Shown one piece after another: positions 8,872 to 16,556 of a stretch of DNA of 20,000 bases. The DNA comes from an uncultured virus (IMG/VR IMGVR_UViG_3300021431_000014) (taxonomy: Duplodnaviria; Heunggongvirae; Uroviricota; Caudoviricetes): the IMG/VR virus record IMGVR_UViG_3300021431_000014; one strand, given 5' to 3'. The notes under the pieces were generated by a model, which saw nothing but the letters and a program-made list of their open reading frames with translations, was not told where the DNA came from and made no database searches. How positions within the stretch are numbered: the stretch's first letter is position 1; each line of letters starts with the position of its first letter. The translations under genes and the position numbers were made by a program.

Positions 8872-11800
8872 ATGGCTATCCAACATAGACGAGGTAATTA
8901 TAGTGACTTCGACCCATCAAAAACAGTAGCAGGAGAATTTAATGTTGTTCAAAACGGTGACCCAATAGCATCTGATGGAGAAGCTGTATATATAGCTTTC
9001 CAAACAGGAAAAGTAAAACGATTAGCAACGTATGATGAATTGCAGGATTATAATCAACGTTCTGAACAACTGTTAGAACAAGTAACAGAAAAGGCTACGG
9101 CAGTTAATCAGAATTATCAAAATACCGTAACTAAAGCAAATGAAGCGAGTCAATCTGCTACTGATGCGGCAACTGCAAAAACAGCAGCCGAGAAAGCAAA
9201 AACTGATACACAAGCATTATTAGATAATGCACAAACAACTATACAAGAATATACTGATGATGCAAAAGCTGATTTACAAACAGCCGTTGACGAGGCTGAT
9301 ACTCATATAACACAAAGTAAAGAATCTGCTATAGCCGATATTGATGCTGAATATCAAGATAGAAAAGCTGAAATAGATGCTAAGATAGACCAAATTATTG
9401 CAGTAAAAACTTCAGCCGAAGAAATAGCAACTGAAGCCAAAAATAAAGCAGATGGTTTGGAATTGGATGTTGCTGAATTAGCAGGCAAAACTTCTAATCT
9501 TACTACCAAAGTGAATAATTTACAATTCGATATGGATAGTAGTATTCACGGTTGGTATGTGGATATGCAGAAACGTCTTATCTTTACTGACGTTGACGGT
9601 AATCCCATCGGCGAACCTATTGAAGGTATCGGCGGCGGTGGCGGAGGTGGGGGCGGCGGTTCTTCCACTAACGCTGAAATGTCAGCACAAAATACTACAG
9701 GTTGGATTAGTAAAAGTATATCAGCCGGTGATTCAATCAGTGTAAAGATTTTATGGTCATCTATTGAAAATGATTTACCTACAGGCAACGGTGTTGTAAC
9801 GATTAAAGTTAATAACTTAACAAGAGCAACATTTGAAGTTCCGCAAGGTGAGTTGACACTAAATCTTACTGAATATTTATCTGCGGGGACTAACAATGTA
9901 AAGATAAGTGTAGCAGATATTTACGACCAGATAAGAACATTAGGCTTCAATATATCTGTATTAGACTTACGTATTACTTCAACATTTGACCCGTCAACAG
10001 TATTTGAAGGTGCTATATCTGTACCTGTTACTCCTTACGGCGATGTTGAAAAAATATTGTATTGGGAACTTGACGGCACAGTTATTCACACTCAGAATAC
10101 AAGCGCATCCGGCAGACAGATTACATATACTATTCCGGCACAAAGTCATGGAGCACATAAATTAAGATTATATTTTGAAGCAACCGTTAATAATCAAACT
10201 GTACGTTCCAATGTTTTATATTATGAGTTTATATCTCTTGAAACATTAAATAACACACCGATTATTATTAGTCCGTTTAATACAACTGAAGTTAGTCAGT
10301 TTACTATCGTTAATATACCGGCCACTGTCTATGACCCGCCAAACGCTACAACTACTGTTACAACATTTATAAATGATGTGCAGGCAGATAGATTCTCCGG
10401 TGTTGACAGAACAGAACATGTATATACTGTTAAAGCAAATGAAGTCGGTACATTAAAATTTGAAATTGCTTGCGGAAAAGTTAAAAAGACGTTCACATTA
10501 AATGTAGTAGAATCTGAAATTCACGTAGAACCGGAAACTGATAATCTTGTATTATACTTATCTTCTTATGATAAGAGTAATGATAGAGAAGATAGAAATG
10601 AGTGGAAATACGAAGATATTACAACTACATTTACAGGTAATAACTATGTAACAGACGGTTGGATAGCTGATAATGAAGGTTTTGTAGCACGAAGATTTTC
10701 CGGTGATGCGAGAGGAACAATAAACCTTGAATTGTTCAAAAACGATTTTCGTAGAACAGGTAAAACTATTACTATTGAGTTTGCCGCAAGAGATGTATTA
10801 AATTATGATACACCTATTATTTCTTGTATGAGCGGAGGTATAGGATTATCTATTACTCCTCAACGGGCTACATTGATGTCAGAACAATCTTCGTTAAGTA
10901 CCCAGTATAAAGAAGATGAACATATAAGACTTGATTGGGTTATTGAGAAACGAAACGAACACAGAATAGGTCAAATGTATATTAATGGAATTTGTTGCGG
11001 AGCTATTCAGTATCCGGACGATGATGCGTTTTCACAAGCATCTCCCGTAAATATAAGTTTAGGTTCAAGTGATTGTGTACTGGATTTGTATTGTGTAAGA
11101 GTTTACGATAATAACTTATCCAGAATACAGGTTCTTAATAACTGGATTGCAGATACACCGGACGGCAATACAATGTTGAGAAGATATCAACACAATGATA
11201 TTTATGATGCATACGGTAATATTGTTATTTCTAAGCTCCCGAAAGACTTACCGTATTTAATTCTCGAAGGGCCGGAATTACCGCAGTCTAAAGGGGATAA
11301 AAAAACTATGTCGGGTAGTTATACTGACCCAATGTATCCGTCAAGGTCATTTACATTTATAAATGCCCAAGTAGATGTACAGGGTACTTCTTCACAGTAT
11401 TATCCGAGAAAAAATTATAAAGTTAAATTTAAAGGCGGATTCATTCTTCCAAACGGTTCCACAGTAAGCACTTATGCTATAAATAATGATGCTATTCCTA
11501 CAAATACATTTACGTTTAAAAAGGACTTTGCATCAAGTGAAGGTTGTAATAACGTTGAATTAGTAAGAACGTATGACGTTGTTTGTCCATACAAGACTCC
11601 GGGTCAGAAGTCAAATCCGAAAGTTAGACAGGGTATTGACGGTTTCCCGATTGTTATTTTCTGGCGAGATACTACAACTGATACAGTAAAGTTTGTCGGC
11701 AAATATAATTTCAATAATGATAAGGGTACACCGGAAGTATTTGGATTTGTTGAAGATGATGAGTCTTGGGAAATCAAGAATAACACAGGTAATCGTGTTA

Positions 11801-12243
11801 TTTGGAAAGATAATAATTATGCAGGTACAGCATGGCTCAATGACTTTGAAGCACGTTATCCGGATACTGACCCGCCGTATGAAAATCCTGCCCAGTTACA
11901 AGAATTTGCAACATGGGCTATGACAACTGATACAACAGCGGCAACAGGAAACACATTGTCGGAACCGGTAACTTATCGTGTAAAAACTACCGAAATTGTA
12001 GAACATATTGACCCGAATACAGGAGCAATTTCTTATGAAGAGGTAGAAGTAACAAAAGACGTTACATTTACTACAGACACAGCCGAATATAGACTTGCTA
12101 AGTTTAAAGACGAAGCAAGTAATTATATGGAAATGGATTCGGCGTTATTCTATTATTTATTCACTGAATTATTCTTAATGGTAGATAATAGAGCAAAGAA
12201 CGCATTTCCGTCATTTATAGGGGAGGCAGTGGTTACGGAATGA
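8872..12243 (+). CDS. Large tail fibre/adhesin part 1: Mtd_N-like anchor, coiled coil, Gly10 hinge, beta-sandwich/LamG-like domains, N-terminal part of a CotH-like kinase domain
   Basis: RBS AAGGAGGG; 'MAIQHRRG...AGEF' resembles fibre anchor N-termini; Ala/Gln/Lys heptads to about aa 220; 10 Gly at 9631-9660; 'QMYINGI...ISLGSSDCVLDLYCVRVYDNNLS' is LamG-like; 'VQGTSSQYYPRKNYKVKF', 'GKYNFN' and 'VDNRAKN' are CotH-like motifs. Confidence 0.75.
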   Translation: MAIQHRRGNYSDFDPSKTVAGEFNVVQNGDPIASDGEAVYIAFQTGKVKRLATYDELQDYNQRSEQLLEQVTEKATAVNQNYQNTVTKANEASQSATDAATAKTAAEKAKTDTQALLDNAQTTIQEYTDDAKADLQTAVDEADTHITQSKESAIADIDAEYQDRKAEIDAKIDQIIAVKTSAEEIATEAKNKADGLELDVAELAGKTSNLTTKVNNLQFDMDSSIHGWYVDMQKRLIFTDVDGNPIGEPIEGIGGGGGGGGGGSSTNAEMSAQNTTGWISKSISAGDSISVKILWSSIENDLPTGNGVVTIKVNNLTRATFEVPQGELTLNLTEYLSAGTNNVKISVADIYDQIRTLGFNISVLDLRITSTFDPSTVFEGAISVPVTPYGDVEKILYWELDGTVIHTQNTSASGRQITYTIPAQSHGAHKLRLYFEATVNNQTVRSNVLYYEFISLETLNNTPIIISPFNTTEVSQFTIVNIPATVYDPPNATTTVTTFINDVQADRFSGVDRTEHVYTVKANEVGTLKFEIACGKVKKTFTLNVVESEIHVEPETDNLVLYLSSYDKSNDREDRNEWKYEDITTTFTGNNYVTDGWIADNEGFVARRFSGDARGTINLELFKNDFRRTGKTITIEFAARDVLNYDTPIISCMSGGIGLSITPQRATLMSEQSSLSTQYKEDEHIRLDWVIEKRNEHRIGQMYINGICCGAIQYPDDDAFSQASPVNISLGSSDCVLDLYCVRVYDNNLSRIQVLNNWIADTPDGNTMLRRYQHNDIYDAYGNIVISKLPKDLPYLILEGPELPQSKGDKKTMSGSYTDPMYPSRSFTFINAQVDVQGTSSQYYPRKNYKVKFKGGFILPNGSTVSTYAINNDAIPTNTFTFKKDFASSEGCNNVELVRTYDVVCPYKTPGQKSNPKVRQGIDGFPIVIFWRDTTTDTVKFVGKYNFNNDKGTPEVFGFVEDDESWEIKNNTGNRVIWKDNNYAGTAWLNDFEARYPDTDPPYENPAQLQEFATWAMTTDTTAATGNTLSEPVTYRVKTTEIVEHIDPNTGAISYEEVEVTKDVTFTTDTAEYRLAKFKDEASNYMEMDSALFYYLFTELFLMVDNRAKNAFPSFIGEAVVTE
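9631..9660 (+). repeat. Poly-glycine (GGN)10 hinge
   Basis: ggcggcggtggcggaggtgggggcggcggt, in frame, between the coiled coil and the globular domains. Confidence 0.9.
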
Positions 12244-15200
12244 GTATAAAGAAAAAAATTGTTTGGTTGCCATATGATATGGATACTGCAATCGGTATTA
12301 ACAATGAAGGTGAGTTGGTGTTCAGCTATGAATTAGAGGACACCGACCACCTCGCCGGTGGTGCAGACGTATATAACGGACAAGATTCTGTAATATGGAA
12401 TAATATTAGGATGGCATTTGCAGATGAATTACGTAATATGTATCAAAAATTACGTTCAGAAGGTAAATTATCCTATGAAACTGTAGAAAAAGCATTTGAA
12501 GAACATCAAGCTAAATGGCCAGAAGCATTATTTAATGAAGATTCACAATTCTGTTATATTGACCCACTTATTTATGATAATAAAAACTATCTTGAAATGT
12601 TACAAGGCAGTAAAGAAGAACAACGTAAATGGTGGTTATATAATCGTTTTAGATACATTGACAGTAAGTATAATGCAGGCGATGCGTTATCTGATTTAAT
12701 TCAGTTACGTTCATATGCAAAATCCAATATTACTATTACACCATATGCAGATATTTATCCTACTGTTAAGTTCGGTTCTTATCTTGTATCAAAACGAGGT
12801 AAAAGAAACGTTGCCACATTACTTGAGTGTCCTGTCGATGCTTTGAATGATACCGAAACATATATCTATAGTGCGTCACAGCTTGCAAGTGTTGGAGATT
12901 TAAGTGGTTTAAAAGTTGGATTTGCAGACTTTTCAATGGCTGTTAAATTGCAATCTCTTAAATTAGGTGATAGTTCTTCAAACTATGAAAATCCAAATTT
13001 AAAAGTTCTTACACTCGGTAATAATATATTACTGCAAACACTTGATGTTAGAAATTGCTCGGCATTAGGTAGCGGCGATATGAAAGTTGTTGACATATCC
13101 GGATGTACAGGAATAAGAAAAGTGTGGTTTACAGGAACACAGATAACCGGTTTAACATTACCAATCGGCGGCGTATTAGATGAGTTAGCTTTACCTGCTA
13201 CAATGACTAATATAACAGTTAGGAATCAGCCGAGACTTACATCTTTTACATTTACAGGAAACAGTTATTCTGCTGTAGGTACTTGTAGAATTGAGAACAC
13301 AGATTATTTTTTAAAGAACCAATCTTGGTTTAATCAGATATTAAAATCACAAGAATCGGGCGGATTAAAACAGGGATGTAGATTAAGACTTGTAGGACTG
13401 GATATTAATTGGTTAGCCGATACAGATGCTATATCAGATTTTTATGCTTTATTTACCGGTGAAGGTAGATTTAGAGGACTTGATATAACAGGTGGTGAAC
13501 AAGATACTCCATATCTTGATGGCACAATTCATATTAATTCTGCAAAAGGCTCAGAAATAGCAAGATTAAAACAAATATTTCCGTATGTAAATATCGAAGC
13601 CGAACACACAGAATCTTATATCTACTATTATAATGGTAGTACACTTGTTTATACTGAAAAGGTATTAGACGGTGGTAACGGAACATATGCAGGAACCCCG
13701 ACAAAAGCATCGGATGCTCAGTATACTTATACATTTGCAGGGTGGTCAAAAGATGATGACAATACAGTTGATAGTGATGCTTTAAATAACATTGTTGCTG
13801 ACAGAAACGTTTATGCTTGCTTCACAAGTACCTTACGTAAGTACAATGTTACATTTGTTAAAGCAAGTGCAGACGGCGGCGGCACATTACAGACTATTCA
13901 AAATGTTAACTACGGCACTGTAATCACAGCAGCAAATGCTTACACAGGTGCTACACCTACAACATCGCAAGGTAGCGCAGAGGATTATCCGTTTGAAGGA
14001 TGGAGTCCTGCAAGTGCTACGGTGACTGGTAATACTACCTTCACGGCGATGTTTGGTAGTCCTGTTGAAGTGGTTGAGATTACGGATTCGTGGGATACGA
14101 TTATTGCTAACATTGATAATGGGACTTATAAGACGATATATAAAGTCGGGAATTATAAAGCAATCAGTTTAGGCTCCAATTATCAAACAGCATACGCACA
14201 GATAGTTGGCTTTGATGCAGATACAGACCGCGCAGGAAATACTATACCAATTTCATTTACATTAAAAAATGTAATCAAAAAATCAGACGATACCAATTAC
14301 CAGTTGTATTTTGATAAAAATGATAATGACTGGGAATCGTCTTACATCAGAACGCAACTGAATACCACACTTTTCGATTTGTTAACAATAAACAATACAT
14401 TTGGGAACAGAATTACAGCCGCCCAGAAATACACATATAATTTGCCAAACGATATAGAAACAATGTCGATTGATTCGCTGTGGCTTTTAAGTATGCGAGA
14501 ATTTTGGGGAGGATCCACATTTGCGGAGCATAGTGGTCCGACATATAAGTTACGAGAGAACTGGATAGAAAATAATTCATATGGCTGTTTTAGAACAACG
14601 GGTCCATATCAGGGTAGTTGTTATTTTAACAACGGAAACTCATTCAGTTATTCCAGCAAGAGAAATGATGAACTCGTTAATTTTGGCTTCTGCCTCGGCC
14701 TCGAACCCGAAACCATCACAGACGATTGGCCAACCATCCTTGCCAACGAGAACTATGCTACGGATTATAGCATCGGCGATACCAAATATCTCGACCTCGG
14801 TACAGAGGGCAAACAGCTTATGGAAATCGTGGCGTTTGATACGGATGACAGAGCGGACGGACAGGGTAAGGCTGGGATTACGTGGATAAGTAAAGGGTTG
14901 TTGTATACTCCTATGCCTATGAATGCCACTCAAAAAACTGTAGATGGTGAAACCCTTGCAACGGCGGGAGGTTGGTTACATTCAGACATGAGAGCGTATT
15001 TGAAGAATACAATCAAACCACTTATTCCTGAGACTGTTAGAAATGCTATTGTGTCTGTTACTAAAGTGCAATCCATTTATACAAATGGGGAAAGAGTTGC
15101 CAACGGTCAAACAACAACGGATGACGTTTGGATTCCATCCGCCTATGAAATATTTGATGTCACAACTTATGAAAGTACAGGCGCTACGTATACCGGCGTA

Positions 15201-15371
15201 TTCAAAGATGCAGATTCACGAATTAAGAAACGTAAAGGTGTTAATGATATGTGGTGGCTGCGTTCTGTAAGCGGTAATCGCAGTTTTCGTGATGTTACTG
15301 GTGCCGGAATTAATAATTACCGTGAAGCTACTTCAACCGTATATATCGCCCTCGGTTTCTGCACCAATTAA
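12240..15371 (+). CDS. Large tail fibre/adhesin part 2: C-terminal part of CotH-like kinase, LRR-like region, two InlB B-repeat-like units, two DUF6273-like domains
   Basis: ATGA overlap with the previous gene; begins 'WLPYDMDTAIG' (CotH DxD motif); 'LQTLDVRNCSAL...VDISGCTGIRKV' is LRR-like; 'PTKASDAQYTYTFAGWS' and 'YPFEGWSP' are B-repeat-like; two ITDxW...GFC units, the last with WWLRS. Confidence 0.78.
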   Translation: MSIKKKIVWLPYDMDTAIGINNEGELVFSYELEDTDHLAGGADVYNGQDSVIWNNIRMAFADELRNMYQKLRSEGKLSYETVEKAFEEHQAKWPEALFNEDSQFCYIDPLIYDNKNYLEMLQGSKEEQRKWWLYNRFRYIDSKYNAGDALSDLIQLRSYAKSNITITPYADIYPTVKFGSYLVSKRGKRNVATLLECPVDALNDTETYIYSASQLASVGDLSGLKVGFADFSMAVKLQSLKLGDSSSNYENPNLKVLTLGNNILLQTLDVRNCSALGSGDMKVVDISGCTGIRKVWFTGTQITGLTLPIGGVLDELALPATMTNITVRNQPRLTSFTFTGNSYSAVGTCRIENTDYFLKNQSWFNQILKSQESGGLKQGCRLRLVGLDINWLADTDAISDFYALFTGEGRFRGLDITGGEQDTPYLDGTIHINSAKGSEIARLKQIFPYVNIEAEHTESYIYYYNGSTLVYTEKVLDGGNGTYAGTPTKASDAQYTYTFAGWSKDDDNTVDSDALNNIVADRNVYACFTSTLRKYNVTFVKASADGGGTLQTIQNVNYGTVITAANAYTGATPTTSQGSAEDYPFEGWSPASATVTGNTTFTAMFGSPVEVVEITDSWDTIIANIDNGTYKTIYKVGNYKAISLGSNYQTAYAQIVGFDADTDRAGNTIPISFTLKNVIKKSDDTNYQLYFDKNDNDWESSYIRTQLNTTLFDLLTINNTFGNRITAAQKYTYNLPNDIETMSIDSLWLLSMREFWGGSTFAEHSGPTYKLRENWIENNSYGCFRTTGPYQGSCYFNNGNSFSYSSKRNDELVNFGFCLGLEPETITDDWPTILANENYATDYSIGDTKYLDLGTEGKQLMEIVAFDTDDRADGQGKAGITWISKGLLYTPMPMNATQKTVDGETLATAGGWLHSDMRAYLKNTIKPLIPETVRNAIVSVTKVQSIYTNGERVANGQTTTDDVWIPSAYEIFDVTTYESTGATYTGVFKDADSRIKKRKGVNDMWWLRSVSGNRSFRDVTGAGINNYREATSTVYIALGFCTN
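14076..15371 (+). repeat. Tandem diverged duplication of a DUF6273-like domain (14076-14696 and 14709-15368)
   Basis: EITDSWDTII..YKVGNYK..QIVGFDAD..W..SYIR..L..DSLWLLSMRE..FGFC aligns by eye with ETITDDWPTIL..YSIGDTK..EIVAFDTD..W..SDMR..L..DDVWIPSAYE..LGFC. Confidence 0.85.
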
Positions 15372-15400
15372 TCATAGTAACTCGTAAACCCCGCACCACA

Positions 15401-15428
15401 GAAGGAGGTATAACCTTGTACTCCCTTC
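15401..15428 (+). terminator. Imperfect hairpin after the tail operon (possible terminator)
   Basis: GAAGGAGGTATAA-CC-TTGTACTCCCTTC, imperfect inverted repeat; followed by an A-rich rather than T-rich tract, so it may act mainly on the minus strand. Confidence 0.4.
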
Positions 15429-15437
15429 AAATAAAAA

Positions 15438-15466
15438 TTTACAATTAAACCCAACTATGTTATACT
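15438..15466 (+). promoter_or_regulatory. Sigma-A-type promoter with extended -10
   Basis: TTTACA (15438-15443), 17 nt spacer, TATACT (15461-15466) preceded by TGn; A-rich tract upstream; 32 nt before the ATG at 15499. Confidence 0.7.
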
Positions 15467-15498
15467 TATAACAAATAAAAACGAAAGAGGTATCTACT

Positions 15499-15765
15499 AT
15501 GTCCTACATTCCCTATGCTATATCATTTCTATCTTTATTGCTTGCCGCTTATACGTTTTTAAGCAAGAATAATAAAGAAAATACATCTGAGTTAACAACT
15601 GTAATTGTTAAGTTGGAGAACATAGGCAACGGAATTTCTGACATTAAAAAAGAAATAGCAAGCATGAAAGATGACCAAAAAGAAGACCATGACAGACTTA
15701 TAAAAGTCGAAACGTCTTTAGCATCTTTATGGAAACAGTTTAATAACGAGATTAAGAAGGAATGA
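15499..15765 (+). CDS. Small single-TM plus coiled-coil protein (holin / XhlA-like)
   Basis: 88 aa; N-terminal hydrophobic helix IPYAISFLSLLLAAYTFL then heptads ending 'HDRLIKVETS'; RBS GAAAGAGGT; position after the tail fibres. Confidence 0.65.
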   Translation: MSYIPYAISFLSLLLAAYTFLSKNNKENTSELTTVIVKLENIGNGISDIKKEIASMKDDQKEDHDRLIKVETSLASLWKQFNNEIKKE

Positions 15766-15769
15766 AGAT

Positions 15770-15979
15770 GTGCAAATCTATGATTTTACAGAACCGGAAT
15801 TAGATAAGTTTAGGGAATTGTGTAACTTTTCTGATGATGAATTAGAGTATCTAAATATAAAAGCAAAGCGCAAAACAAACATACAAATAGCTATGCAAAT
15901 GCACGTGAGTGAAGCACAAGTATCAAAGTTAGCAAAGCGTGTAAGAAATAAAATAATAAGAGTTCTTCCTTATTTATAA
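15770..15979 (+). CDS. Stand-alone LuxR/GerE-type helix-turn-helix protein
   Basis: 69 aa, GTG start; 'FSDDELEYLNIKAKRKTNIQIAMQMHVSEAQVSKLAKRVRNKI' fits the LT.rE..vl.....G.sn.eIA..l.vS..TV......i..Kl pattern; no receiver domain. Confidence 0.75.
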   Translation: MQIYDFTEPELDKFRELCNFSDDELEYLNIKAKRKTNIQIAMQMHVSEAQVSKLAKRVRNKIIRVLPYL

Positions 15980-15998
15980 AGAATCATATAATTTTCGT

Positions 15999-16031
15999 AA
16001 AGAAGTCGTACAAGTGTACGGCTTCTTTTTT
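15999..16031 (+). terminator. Intrinsic terminator-like inverted repeat (possibly also an operator)
   Basis: AAAGAAGTCGTAC-AAGT-GTACGGCTTCTTT, 13 bp stem with one G-U pair, ending in a T6 run. Confidence 0.75.
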
Positions 16032-16067
16032 GTTTACAATAAAATAAAAAGACAGGAGGTACATAAT

Positions 16068-16247
16068 ATGCAAGACATTGGAGTAGCGTTAACAACTATT
16101 ATGCAGGCTAAACAGTGTTCGCCTATTTGTGCCTTCTTTTTGTTATCAGAAAAGCAGAAAGAGGGTGACATAAATGGGATTCATAAATTACAACCCGAAC
16201 CCGAAAAGAAAGTTAGTAGGAGATTGTGTAATAAGAGCAATTTCTAA
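16068..16247 (+). CDS. Small hypothetical protein (59 aa), first ORF of the cassette
   Basis: Near-perfect RBS AGGAGGT (16054-16060) 7 nt before ATG 16068; overlaps the next gene by 74 nt, which lowers confidence in its 3' half. Confidence 0.55.
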   Translation: MQDIGVALTTIMQAKQCSPICAFFLLSEKQKEGDINGIHKLQPEPEKKVSRRLCNKSNF

Positions 16248-16554
16248 AACGATGAATCGAGATTGGGAAGATACATATATAGACATTATGTTGCAGGGAT
16301 TTTCTATGCACGATATGCCGTCCTCTAATAACGTATGGGGAACATATTTAGCACAACACGGATTTAAAAGATATGTCATTCCCGATACTTGTCCCGATTG
16401 TTATACAGTTAATCAATTTGTCACGGACAATCCCGATTTAACAGGAATATTAGCTACAGGAACGCATGTTATAGCTATAGGTGACGGGAATTATTACGAT
16501 ACGTGGGATAGCGGAAATGAAATTCCGATTTATTACTGGCGAAAGGAGATGTAA
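16174..16554 (+). CDS. Hypothetical protein, putative papain-fold (C39-like) Cys-His-Asp enzyme
   Basis: 126 aa, RBS GAGGGTG; 'GDCVIRAIS' (Cys at helix start), 'THVIAI' (His on strand) and 'YYDTWDS' (Asp) occur in papain-like order. Confidence 0.6.
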   Translation: MGFINYNPNPKRKLVGDCVIRAISKTMNRDWEDTYIDIMLQGFSMHDMPSSNNVWGTYLAQHGFKRYVIPDTCPDCYTVNQFVTDNPDLTGILATGTHVIAIGDGNYYDTWDSGNEIPIYYWRKEM

Positions 16555-16556
16555 CG

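Noticed and set aside
9631..9660. G-rich tract as a phase-variation or G-quadruplex element
   Set aside because: Mixed GGN codons encode a Gly hinge typical of phage fibres; the longest G run is only 5.
162..13749. Short ORFs nested in the tail genes (162-344, 310-507, 2628-2834, 2853-3101, 3258-3464, 4215-4559, 8217-8537, 8729-8929, 9546-9896, 9557-9745, 11604-11786, 11693-11923, 12496-12699, 13534-13749)
   Set aside because: They lie inside or across long, coherent + strand genes, have no convincing RBS, and read as antisense or off-frame shadows; for example the poly-Pro is just the reverse of the Gly10 hinge.
14581..15270. Alternative-frame ORFs 14581-14889, 14640-14933 and 15043-15270
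   Set aside because: Explained by locally higher GC inside the adhesin gene; no RBS or protein-like features.
16014..16067. GTG start at 16014 for the 77 aa ORF
   Set aside because: Lies inside the hairpin; the strong RBS points to ATG 16068.
15980..16067. Sporulation sigma (SigK/SigE/SigG) promoter for the cassette
   Set aside because: CATA-containing words exist (e.g. CATATAAT near 15985), but such short AT-rich matches are expected by chance and that one lies upstream of the terminator-like hairpin; not supportable by eye.
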